In this document: positions 50,153 through 60,287 of the stretch, piece by piece | How the letters are laid out: the number at the start of each line of letters is the position of its first letter | How positions within the stretch are numbered: position 1 is the stretch's first letter | Source: Amoebophrya sp. A120 | Lineage: Eukaryota; Protista; Dinoflagellata | DNA length: 64,000 nt | Assembly (NCBI GenBank): GCA_905178155.1 | Contig: CAJINV010000001.1 | Span: forward strand, 9,879,865-9,943,864 | Direction of reading: 5' to 3' | Made by a program: the position numbers and the translations under genes | Notes under the pieces: generated by a model | The model's database searches: none | What the model was told of the DNA's origin: nothing | Seen by the model: the letters and a program-made list of their open reading frames with translations, nothing else

Positions 50153-53100
50153 GATGATTTAAATCTTCTCGGCGTTCAGCCTTAGACTGTCCTTATATCG
50201 ACCCCTGTTCTTTTTCTCCCCTGTAATCTCATTAGTTGCTGGACTGGGATTTGTTCACTCTCAAAAGACGCTGCGGAAGAAGTGCTGTCGTTTCCGTTTT
50301 GTTTTGCTGTTCCGGTTGCTGCTCCTTTTGTGATCTGCGGCCAAAGATTTCGGTCGAGGCAGTCAGCTACTGTCGCGCGCTTTTTTGCCATGTCCATCTT
50401 TACTTCTGCTAGCCAGGTTTTTGCTGCTCCCTGGCCCCGTTTCGTTTTTTGGACGGTGGCGGACAGCATTAGGCGGGCCCAGCGGCCGGCGGGGTATCGA
50501 ACGAGGTGCCCGAAATATCGCAGCCGCCAATCCCGTATTTGTTCGGAGAGGGGGCGCTCGTTGAGTCTTTGGCGGATCACTTTCGTGGCTAAGTGGTCGA
50601 ACTTCGTCACCCCCAGGCAGTGCCTCAGCTTTTTGCTCCACCACGTGTCGACGGCCTGCTCGTCTGCCTGCGTTAGGCGCCACGTTTCGCACCCCCAAGC
50701 CAGCACCGGGTAGATGAAGGCCTTAAGGATGCGCGCTTTTAACTGCGAAGAAAGTGCTCGGCTGTTGAAGACTCCGCTCAGCTCCCCGCTCTTCTTTTGT
50801 GCTAGTGCTATCCGGTTGGCGATGTCGTTGCTGTCTGTCGCGTCCCCTGCTATGATCGTACCGAGGTAGGTGAATTCTTTTACTCGCTTTATTTCGTTGC
50901 CGCCTACCTGCAGCGTCTGCTTGTTCTGTTGTGGTGCGTTGAAGCTCATGAACTTGGTTTTGTCAAAATTCACCCGCAAGCCGAACGCTTCGAAACTTTT
51001 GCACAGGTTTCTGGTGGCCGTAGCTAGTTCTTCTATTGTTTGCGCAAAAGTTCCGAGGTCATCCGCGTACAGCAGATGGCCCAGCTTGGTGCATTTTGTG
51101 GCTTCGTTTTTGTTCAGGAGCCCCCCGCAAATGAATTCTACTCCTTCCCCGATTTCGGTTCGTTCCATTACGTAGCTGATGCAGAGGTTGAAAATTATTG
51201 GCGATAGAAGGCAGCCCTGCTTTGTTCCTGTTCTTGTTTTCGTCTTCTGGCTTTCCTCCCCGTCGCGCCGCACTGAAAAGTGGTGGTCTTTGTACAATGC
51301 CCAGAAACGTTCCTGGATGTGGCCAGGCATTCCGTAGTGCTGCATTGCCCTCCTGATCAGTTTCCGCGGCACCGTGTCGAAGGCTTGCGCCAAATCCACG
51401 AAGGTGGCGCGGAATTCTTTTCCTGCTTTTTTGTGGTTCTGCAGCGCGATCTTGAGGGCGATCGTGTTGTCTATCGCTCGTCTGTAGCTGCGGAAACCGG
51501 CCTGGTTTTCGGACAGGATGGCGTCGATCGGCTCCGCGATCTTCAAAAACAAAAGCGACGCGTACACTCTTGCCATGAAGTTCAGGAGCGAGATCGGCCG
51601 CCAGCCTGCTGTTGTGCTGTGGTCTTTGCCGGGTTTTGGCAGTACTGTGATGAGCGAGCCGATTTCTTCCGGCGCTAATTCTTTGCGCTCCCAGTAGGTT
51701 CGGATCTTGTCCCTCACCAACTTCTTGCCCGCCTCGTCAAGAAGTTCGTAGTGCTCTTTGACTAGGGTGTCCGCCCCTGCTGCTTTCCCGAATTGTAGCC
51801 GCTTGATCGCCTTCTGTATTAGTTCGTCGGTGATTTCTTCGCTGATGTTTTTCATCCGCTTGCTTTTCCGCTCGTTTTTTGCTGCTCTTGGTTGTTTTGG
51901 TGCTGTTTCTGGTAGTAGTAGTGGTTCTGGGTGGGAGAAGACCTGCTCGAAAAACTGGCGGTGGAGTTCTACCTTGCCCTCCGCCAGATATTCCGTCCTC
52001 TCCCCGTGCCGCAGTGGTTCGGCTAGTTTCGGCCCGCGCGGCCGCTGCTTTTTTCCGCCTATCGTAGCGATTTTCCCTATCGCTGGCGACAGGCCCCGTT
52101 CTGCGTAAAACGCCTCGGCCTCCTCGCATGCTGTTGCTGCGTACTTCTCCAGGTCCCGTCTTTCCACCCACTTCATCTGCTTCAGAATCAGTCGGGCTTC
52201 CTCTTTGTCGCCTATCTCCAGGAGCCGGCTTCGCTCCTCCCAGAGGTCAGCAAACTCCAAGGAAATCCAGGGCTTGCGTTCTTTTTTATTTCTCCTGAAG
52301 ACTTTTTCTCCTGCTGCTCGCATGCTTTGCTGGACGCTTTCCCCCTGTTCGGTCCGCCTCGCGAACTCTTTGCTGTACGCCTCCCGCTCTTCCGGCGTCG
52401 CTGCTTTGGCGCGCGGGATGCGTGGTGGTGCGGGGGGCTTTTTCTTTCTTCGCCCGAACCACCGCAGGCTGTGTGCGCTCACTTTTACTACTACCATTCT
52501 GTGGTCGAACGTCGTCTGCCAGCCTGCTACGTCAACCGCCTTGCAGTCCTTTATCGCGTTGCGGAAAGACTGGGGCGCGATGGCATGGTCGATCTGGTGG
52601 AAGCCTGCGCTCCCCAGTCGCTTGTCTGGATGCCGCCAGGTTGCGTAGGCTCTCAAGCTGTGTCTGAAGTACGACGCCAAGCTGCAGCAGTTGTTCTCTC
52701 GCAGATGCGCGAGCAAGAAAGACGAGCTTGCGTTCAACTTCTCGTCCCTCCCCCACTGTCCCGTACAGTCGGTGCCCGTTTTTAGTCGCGCGTTGAAATC
52801 GCCGAGGACCAAAAACTTGGACCTTGCTGCGGTTGCTCTTTGTAGTTGTGCGTAGAATTCCAGTGTTTCGTTTTCCGGCTTGTCCGCTGTTGGTGCGTAC
52901 GCCACCACCGTCCTGAAGGCTTGTCCCCGCTGCAGGCGGAGATCCAGCCATAGCACCCGCCCCGAGATTGGACGCCAATCTTCGATCAGATGCGACAAGG
53001 AGTGGTGGACTGCGATGGCCACACCGGCGTGCCTTCCCCCTGCGTAGAAGATGCGCCACTCCCCGACGTCTTCCTCCCCTGTGGCCTGCCCTTTCGTTTC

Positions 53101-53278
53101 TGTCAAGCACAACACTTTGACTCCCTTTTTCTCTGCTTCTAGTAGAGTGCACTTCTTCCGGACAGCGTCTTTTTTTCCTAGTCCTCTCACGCTCCAGTTA
53201 CCAAATACGTGGTCGACAAGGGGGCTATTCTTTACGTCGACCATTTGCCCACTTGGTCGCGACGGTGATATTTTTTTT
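50153..53278 (-). mobile_element. Full-length RTE-like non-LTR retrotransposon (3126 bp) with 16-bp TSD
   Basis: TSD AAAGTACTTACATACT at 50137-50152 and 53279-53294; single intact APE+RT ORF; 3' end ...ATCATC rather than poly(A). Confidence 0.92.
50182..53244 (-). CDS. AP endonuclease plus reverse transcriptase polyprotein (1020 aa)
   Basis: APE: WSVRGL, LTETK, YAPT, GDFNA, QIDH, FDHRMV; RT: WRPISLL, QAGFR, VDLAQAFDTV, QGCLLSP, YADD, FTYLG, RLRYFGHLVR. Confidence 0.95.
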   Translation of the reverse strand: MVDVKNSPLVDHVFGNWSVRGLGKKDAVRKKCTLLEAEKKGVKVLCLTETKGQATGEEDVGEWRIFYAGGRHAGVAIAVHHSLSHLIEDWRPISGRVLWLDLRLQRGQAFRTVVAYAPTADKPENETLEFYAQLQRATAARSKFLVLGDFNARLKTGTDCTGQWGRDEKLNASSSFLLAHLRENNCCSLASYFRHSLRAYATWRHPDKRLGSAGFHQIDHAIAPQSFRNAIKDCKAVDVAGWQTTFDHRMVVVKVSAHSLRWFGRRKKKPPAPPRIPRAKAATPEEREAYSKEFARRTEQGESVQQSMRAAGEKVFRRNKKERKPWISLEFADLWEERSRLLEIGDKEEARLILKQMKWVERRDLEKYAATACEEAEAFYAERGLSPAIGKIATIGGKKQRPRGPKLAEPLRHGERTEYLAEGKVELHRQFFEQVFSHPEPLLLPETAPKQPRAAKNERKSKRMKNISEEITDELIQKAIKRLQFGKAAGADTLVKEHYELLDEAGKKLVRDKIRTYWERKELAPEEIGSLITVLPKPGKDHSTTAGWRPISLLNFMARVYASLLFLKIAEPIDAILSENQAGFRSYRRAIDNTIALKIALQNHKKAGKEFRATFVDLAQAFDTVPRKLIRRAMQHYGMPGHIQERFWALYKDHHFSVRRDGEESQKTKTRTGTKQGCLLSPIIFNLCISYVMERTEIGEGVEFICGGLLNKNEATKCTKLGHLLYADDLGTFAQTIEELATATRNLCKSFEAFGLRVNFDKTKFMSFNAPQQNKQTLQVGGNEIKRVKEFTYLGTIIAGDATDSNDIANRIALAQKKSGELSGVFNSRALSSQLKARILKAFIYPVLAWGCETWRLTQADEQAVDTWWSKKLRHCLGVTKFDHLATKVIRQRLNERPLSEQIRDWRLRYFGHLVRYPAGRWARLMLSATVQKTKRGQGAAKTWLAEVKMDMAKKRATVADCLDRNLWPQITKGAATGTAKQNGNDSTSSAASFESEQIPVQQLMRLQGRKRTGVDIRTV

Positions 53279-53968
53279 AAAGTACTTACATACTACTTCG
53301 CTTTATTTTCTTGTTCCACTTGTTCGCTTGATATTCGCTTTCGTCTGGTCTAATCCCGAGCACTGTCATTCTCCGGTTGCCTGCGACGAAGATCTGGTGC
53401 GTCAGGTCGCCCCGCGTTAACGTTGTTCTGATTTTCGGCAAACTGAAAACAATCACAAGGCAAAGCTTCCGCCAAACTTTCTGCCACCGTTGGTGCGTGT
53501 TGTCGCACGTCTTCGGCGAACCACTCCACCATGACACATTCGACAAAACCGACAACGGCACGAAAAGCAACTACAACACCACAGCCAAGCAAACAGGCAT
53601 TCATTCCTTGTTTGCCGAACTTGATTTACGATTTCTGAGAGAAGGAGCTCACCGACTTTTGTCGAAACATGCACGTGACCAAAGCTAATCGAAGCACCGG
53701 AAACAAAAAAAGTGAAACTTCACGGCCCGCTTTTGCTCAGTATCTTCCTGTGACTGTGACCCGACAGCAAAGAACATTCACGGGCTTGTTCTTGGATATT
53801 GAGTGCGGGCAAACATATCCGCATTCTAAAAATTTTTCCTTAATCTTGCGCTTTTTTTACGTTGTGAAATGTCAGGAATGGTGGTTCTTCGTGCAAGTGC
53901 AAAACATGAAGATTTCTATGCATTTATGGCATTCTCATGATATATATCAGACAATCATGTTTTTTGAA

Positions 53969-54590
53969 GGCTACGCCTAGGAGTAGCGAGACCGGACTAT
54001 CGGCCAACAGGATAGAAGGTTACTCCGGCACCAGATTGATAACAAAAGCGTACCAATGGTGATGTAGAGATTTTGAAAAAGTAGCTGTTCATGAGTGTCG
54101 TTTTACTAAACTTACATCCACCACGATGGTACCGTGGTGGTTCGGACGATCTGCCTGTATATAGTTTCACCTTCTCTGCGCAATTCACCCATAGAGTGAA
54201 CGCGCGCGCAACCAACGGAAGCGAATGACGTGCAGAAGCGCGTCGCAGTGATAGTCGCAAGACCTCGAGCGACAGTCACAATGGCAGCCAAGAGAGAACC
54301 CGGCCGGCGCAACGAGCTACGGGTAGCAGGCCACGCAAGCCAGGCTCTCGACCCCCACAGAGCCATGCCCCGGACATAGAGGTGGTCCAAGCCGCGAGGC
54401 GCGACTGGGACCGCCGAATATCTAGGGCGGGCTTGCGAGGGGTGCCGCAAGGGGTCTCGCTACCTCAAGTCGGGTGGGAGGGTGGGAAAAAAACGCAAAA
54501 TCTAGGCGAGCCAAGACAATGCGGTATTTCTGGACAAAGGACAGAGACCCTGCCGAAGCTGGTCGACACCGGGCAGCCAGCCCGGTGTCG
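53969..54590 (+). ncRNA. Candidate large structured RNA of unknown class
   Basis: Long-range stems 53969-80/54502-12 and 53983-93/54453-63 enclose many hairpins with GCAA/GCGA loops; no credible ORF; folded by eye. Confidence 0.45.
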
Positions 54591-55040
54591 GAGTGTGCAA
54601 CCCTCTTGCTTGATCATGTGAACTGATATAATCGCTACGCGTCGCATATACGAATCAGGCAACGAACTAATGCAGTTACGGGTTTAATAGAGTTTTTTCC
54701 TTCTGCTCGGAGCAGCTACACAGCAGCATAACCACGACTGTGACCGAGACACGACTGCAAGACGCCGATGATATTAGCAGAGCACCGATTTTTTACGATT
54801 TGCCATCATCTGACCATTTGCATTTACTTATCCCGAGAAAACCCATACTTTTACTTCCACCAAGTTTGATCCCACATTTGACGCTCGGTCCTAGCAACGC
54901 CGTTACCGACTACCGACTAGGGAACAACGCGACCGCAGAAAACGAGAGTGACAAAAATCACAAAATTATGCCGGCTTTATCTTTCTTTTATGCGTATGTC
55001 GCTGGAAGTTGTAGTCGCGCTCAATACCCCTGTAATCGTT

Positions 55041-56291
55041 TCAAAGGTTTCCTATTCTCGTTTGCCATGCTGTGAGTGTGTGCAAGATTTGTGCCCGAAA
55101 ACAGGCACCACAAAATCCTTCCCATCTCACGGTCCTCTGTGGTCGCCCCAGACTCGAATCGTTCTGCTGGGTTTGGTGCTGTACACCAACCTCAAACCCG
55201 GTATTCACGTAAGCGAATTTTCCTTCGCCCGCCATATCCTCGACACTCGGTGTATGACTTGGCGTAAAAAGCACGAGATTCTGGGTCTTTAGGTAGCTGT
55301 GTGCGTAGATAGAGCGCGCCTGTCGGTCGTTGGGGGAGTAGAGAAAAGTGGTTTCCTCGTTTACATACGCGTACCGCGGCTTGGCGCATTTTCTTTTCTT
55401 ACTTCGTGGCTGTTGCTTTCCTGATGGAGCGCATACACCATGGTCGACTTCCTCGCGCTGTTCTTCATCTCTCACGGTGCCTATAGAACTCCCTGCACCA
55501 GCACTGATGCCTGCGGAATCGTTGTCGCAAGTTTCACCTCCTCCGATGGCTCTGCACCAATCTATCCACGTTTTCCTCATTTCTTCCCCTGGTTTTAGCA
55601 CATACACGCCCACCGTGTCTTTGACCGGCGTCATTCCGGCTTTCTGCAGCACCAAAGACAGGACCGGTTTGTCCATTTTTTTTGTGCCGCACTCCACTTC
55701 AACCTTCTCGCAGAAGGAAATCCAGCTTTTGACAAAGTCGACGCCCAAACCGGATTTCCTGCTGTTCGCCTCCACTTTTAGACCGCGGAGCAGCAACGCG
55801 ACATTTTGATGCTGTCCTGTGGACAAAAATCTTGTTGCGCCGACGTCTTTGGTTTTAGGATCTTCACGATCGTCCGACAACTCAGGTTCTACTGTCGCAG
55901 CCTCGTCAGCAATGATGCCGTGATCCCCATGATCGAGCCCCTCGACTTGAAAGAGCAGGTATCCTGCGGCTTCGCTTTGTTGCTTCCGGCGGTGCCGCTC
56001 CACGGATTTGGTGAGGAAAACCAACTCAAGGCAAGGCACTGTGGCATTTTTGTCCAGCCGCATGCAGATCTGGATGGGATCGGCGTCGGCGTCAGTACCA
56101 TGATCCTCCGTTATGCTCCCGAGCGTCCATATCTTCTTGCGAAATCGCACCCCGTTCGGGCAAAGCGCATTTCCTCCGCAGGCATCGCATCTCCAATCCA
56201 GATCGTACAGGTCTGTTTCCTCGCGCTTCAGCGGCGGCTCGCCGCACCCGAAAGATGCCGCTTCTTCGGCCATGAATTTGGATTTATGCAA
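55041..56291 (-). CDS. GNAT-like acetyltransferase domain protein with N-terminal Cys cluster
   Basis: LRGLKVEANSRKSGLGVDFV resembles GNAT motif A; WRCDACGGNALC. Confidence 0.6.
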   Translation of the reverse strand: MHKSKFMAEEAASFGCGEPPLKREETDLYDLDWRCDACGGNALCPNGVRFRKKIWTLGSITEDHGTDADADPIQICMRLDKNATVPCLELVFLTKSVERHRRKQQSEAAGYLLFQVEGLDHGDHGIIADEAATVEPELSDDREDPKTKDVGATRFLSTGQHQNVALLLRGLKVEANSRKSGLGVDFVKSWISFCEKVEVECGTKKMDKPVLSLVLQKAGMTPVKDTVGVYVLKPGEEMRKTWIDWCRAIGGGETCDNDSAGISAGAGSSIGTVRDEEQREEVDHGVCAPSGKQQPRSKKRKCAKPRYAYVNEETTFLYSPNDRQARSIYAHSYLKTQNLVLFTPSHTPSVEDMAGEGKFAYVNTGFEVGVQHQTQQNDSSLGRPQRTVRWEGFCGACFRAQILHTLTAWQTRIGNL

Positions 56292-57119
56292 CTAGTCGCG
56301 TATGCAATTCATTGTGATTCATGTTCATCCTTACCCGTACCTGGTGCCTGATTCCCATAAATTTCGTGTGCGCAGAAAGTAAGTATCATCAAGTGGACTA
56401 GAGACGACTTCTTATGTCGCTTTGGTATTTACATTCGTCTGAAAACAAATCCTAGCAAGAATCTACTTGCCTCCGCCACTGGAGAAATAATAAAACACAC
56501 TCGCCATTCCCTACTGTCCTCGCACGACCGACCGATTTATGATGTGAGTGTGACAAGAAAACTCCCAAGGATCCATTTTTTGTACAAAATTAGATTTCCG
56601 AACTTTCATCGGATCGTTTGCAGATCGATTTACACGCGACACATTTCAACAATGGATCTCTGATCTACATGTCTGAGGCTTTCCGAACCACAGCGGTAAC
56701 CGATACTAAAACATCACCACAAATACAGATTGTGTCTGAGACAGACCGCACAGCTCGTGCATACATAATTCTTTTGTGCTCTGTCTCGCTCTCGCACCGA
56801 GCACCCCAGAACGGTACGGTCTGGCAAAAAGTCGACGGTCCTAAGAGGAAGCAACTTACTTTTTATGATTCGCGTAATTGAGCCCCTATCCACTTCACAA
56901 AAATTTCGAAGAAACCTGTGTGTCACTCCAACGCTGGTGATATTTTTCACTTGTCCTTGAACCATTCATCTTGCACTTGTAACTGTTTTTGCAACAGTTT
57001 CGGTAATCTATTTCATCATAAAACATAACTCGCAAAAAATCCGATACTCTAAATCTTTCAACCAAGAACTTACTTTGGTTACTAACCAGAAAAAAAAACC
57101 CGCGATGAACCACTCACCT

Positions 57120-59962
57120 CTACTTTTTCACTCTTCCCTGCTTGTAAATTGTTGTCGTTCCGTCCTGTGTGATGTATTCTCCAAGAGGTTGACCCTTATT
57201 CGCAGCAGCTGCGGGCGGATTTTTCGACGCACCCTCGTTTGCGTTACTCTCGACCGATCTGTTGTGCGTCATTTGCTTCTCCACCATGGTGACGCGCGGT
57301 TCGTAGTTGTCCGTGGTGATTTCTTTCCGCCTCGACTGCCGCACGAGGAAGATGTACCAGAGATGGAACAGAATCCACAAGGCTGCCATCCCGCCCAGGA
57401 CATACATGTTCTTCGTAAACTGCGACACGTCTCCGATCACGATCAACACGTGCGTCCCGACCTGCAACGTGGACACGATGAGGCAGCCGAAAATGTACAC
57501 GTCCAGATTGGTCATGTAACCCACTTTGGGTGCGACAGAAGCCACGTACGTCTTAAACGAGATGTTGGTCAGCAACGCGAGCAGGCTGATCATGATCGCG
57601 TCGTGCGGATTCTCCACGTTAATCTCCCCGGACAGCAGCATGCTGTCACTGACTCCCCGGTGTCCGTTCCAGATGTAGGAGGAGTAGCCAGAAGTGGTGA
57701 TGAGGAAGAACACCAGGTAGAAATTCCAGATGTAGCTCTGCCAAATCCGCTTCACCTGCAACGAGATCACCACTCGCTGCCCGGCGGGGGGAGAATCCAC
57801 GAGGACCGTGAACGATCCGGGCACAATTTCCCAGTCCGGGGTCTTGAAGTTCGTCTCGAACGACTCCGTATCAAATGCAAAAATGTCTGGGTCTCGAAGC
57901 TTGCAGTCTGTCATGGTAAATCTGAAGCATGCAAAAATCTGCGTTGCATGAGTGCCAAAAGCTGTACACTTTTGACCAAGTTGGAAGGGAGTTTCTCATG
58001 CAGGATAGGCATGGCACAGACCTCGCAGAGTCTGTCATGCTAAGTCCCGCATTCCAGACCTCATGGGTAATGGAAAATCTGCATGACAAGTTTACACTTT
58101 TCCAGACCCAGACATTTTTGCAGTTAATACTGCGCCAAATGCGGCTTCATCAGCACTTCGTCGACCTGCAGCTGAAACACCGCGTTCACTTCGGGAATAA
58201 TGAAGAGAACCTGGATAGAAAGAACAGATGGATACTGTGCTGTAGGGTATCGATCAAAATTACGTCACAATGTGAATGTCAGGCTACTTTTAGAAAAAAG
58301 ACAGGCAGCAACATTTTGACAAATTTTAATACTAAACCTGACGTTAGAAGTAAATCGGAACAAACGCATCAAGATGAAAACGACTCATCTATACAATCTG
58401 AAGCTCCTGCATGTCGAAGGGGAAATCGCTCAAGTCGTAGTCGTTTCTGCAGGTGGACGTCATCATTTGGTTCTTCGTGACCACCACCTCCTTCCGGCAG
58501 CATTTCGCGTACCAGTCCGACGAAAAGATCGCCAGATCAACGCTATTCTTGTGCAAAAATCGGGGCATGGTAAACAGACACTCTTGCGCGGGAAGCTCCA
58601 AATTCGGGTTGTTCTCCACCTTGGCCACCCAATCCTCGTAGGGCACTTTCGACTCGCAGACCACCTTAAAGCTCGCGGCAAACACCTCCTGAGTGGGGTC
58701 GATCCCGTAGATTTGGTACGGGGTGATGCCTGATAGTGCGTGGGGGGCTTAATGTGGTCTCTATATATTCCAGGCTGCAAGAAAAGTAAAATCGACACAG
58801 ATGCTCAAACCCGTTTACTTTTCTGTTGAACAAATTCTCAGTTTCTGCCAGATGTCTTGAGCTACAGAAAAAAACTACATCTGACCTATCTTCACGAACT
58901 GTTCCCTGCGCTTGAGCATCGAATGTTTGTCGTGCACCTTGCTGCCGACTACTTGCGTGTCTTCCTCTAGACAAGAAAATTCGTCGTATGCGCTATCGCT
59001 GAAGAACGCGTCGTCCTTTTGCGACCCAATATTGCAAGTGAGTAACGACTTCCGGGTGGAGCGCCCTTCTCCTACCCCGCCCGGATCCAGGCCATCGGAC
59101 AACTGAGGTGACACGGTTTGTCGTGGCCTGATGGACCCACCAAGAAGCCGCGCGAAGAAACCCGTCTTCTTTGCTTTCGGAGCTTCCGTGCGGTACGTGC
59201 TCCTGGCGTGATACGTCGGCGTGCTGGATACCTCAAGATTTTAGTAGAAACCCCAAAGTCCTGCAAATTTGTACACTCGATAGCTGCAGCTTTAGCCAAG
59301 AAAGACACTGTGAGGGCGTCAAGGAGAATAAACTACAATACTAAGTCCGTCGTCACAAAGAAAATCTTACAGCAAAAAATCTATGCTGCAACTGCAAAAT
59401 CTTGCCTGTACCTCCCCCATGTCGTCCCCCTGAGTGGTCGTTGTTCGCGTTTCTGGAACCTGGTCCAACAGCGTTGGGTTCTGCTTGCTCGGTGAGTGGC
59501 TGCTACGCTCGTCGGACCGCGGGGAGTCCCTTATCAAATGTAAAAATGTCTGGGTCTGGAAGATTGCAGGAGTTTGTCGTGCATCTTCTGGATCACGCAA
59601 CTGGTCTCTAATGCACGCAAAAGCACTACAGGTTTTGAGCAAGCCTCCTGATGTCTATCCCGCATGAGAAATTCCCTATTTGCGTAGCAAGGAGTGGGAA
59701 GCTTTTGGTGCTTATGCAACACAAATTTTTGCCTGTTCCAGAAATCGCATGACAAGTTCCAATTCTTCCAGACCCAGACATTTTTACATTTGATATCCCT
59801 ATCCGCGGAACAGCGAACCGTGCTCGCCGTGGCCCCGCCGCCCGAATTGCCTGGAACCGAGTAGCGGCCGAACCGCGCGCTCTCGGCGGCGTAGGTCGTG
59901 CCCATCCCCCGCAGAGGTCGCGACGGGTGCCCGCAGATGTTGCCGTCTTGGAAAGTTACCAT
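57120..59962 (-). CDS. Pentameric ligand-gated ion channel subunit (Cys-less, Pro-loop type), about 6 exons
   Basis: VKIGITPYQIYGIDPTQEVF, YDLSDFPFDMQEL, PDWEI, KRIWQSYIWNFYL (M1), M2 ISLLALLTNISF, APKVGYMTNLDVY, M4; three GT-AG introns plus two TIR-bounded introns. Confidence 0.85.
57869..58129. mobile_element. Introner/MITE-like element (261 bp), ~30-bp imperfect TIR, TSD CTCCG/CTGCG
   Basis: Left TATCAAATGCAAAAATGTCTGGGTCTCGAA; right end reverse complement TATTAACTGCAAAAATGTCTGGGTCTGGAA. Confidence 0.9.
59532..59795. mobile_element. Introner/MITE-like element (264 bp), perfect 32-bp TIR, TSD TCCCT; same family as 57869-58129, inverted
   Basis: TATCAAATGTAAAAATGTCTGGGTCTGGAAGA at both ends; TCCCT at 59527-31 and 59796-800; internal ATGTCTATCCCGCATGAGAAATTCCCT is the near reverse complement of the internal motif of the other copy. 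Confidence 0.95.
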
Positions 59963-60287
59963 CGTGCTTTTACTTCCTACACGATGAAGAGCCAGTTGCA
60001 CTGCACGTCCTTACTACGGCAGAATCTTTGTCCCTTTCACTCCTAACTTCTCTCCGCTCGAAAAGAAACTTCTGCTTCACGTCTGGTGTTGTATAACGCC
60101 TCGAAGAACTCTCCAGGAAATTTTTTCAGGAAGAACTCGCGGAATCGCAAGCGCTGCAATAAAAGGGCGTGGTGGCCTTTGTTTCGTGCGCGAAAACCGA
60201 ACAGAGGCGCTTGGGCGTGCTTCTAATTTCGCGTATCATCTCGCGCATGCAGGAGCGCATACTCTTTGTCACAAAGCCTTCTTCCAC

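Noticed and set aside
54535-54680. U6 ACAGAGA box or group II intron domain V similarity
   Set aside because: Only short partial matches; the required flanking sequence and pairing are absent
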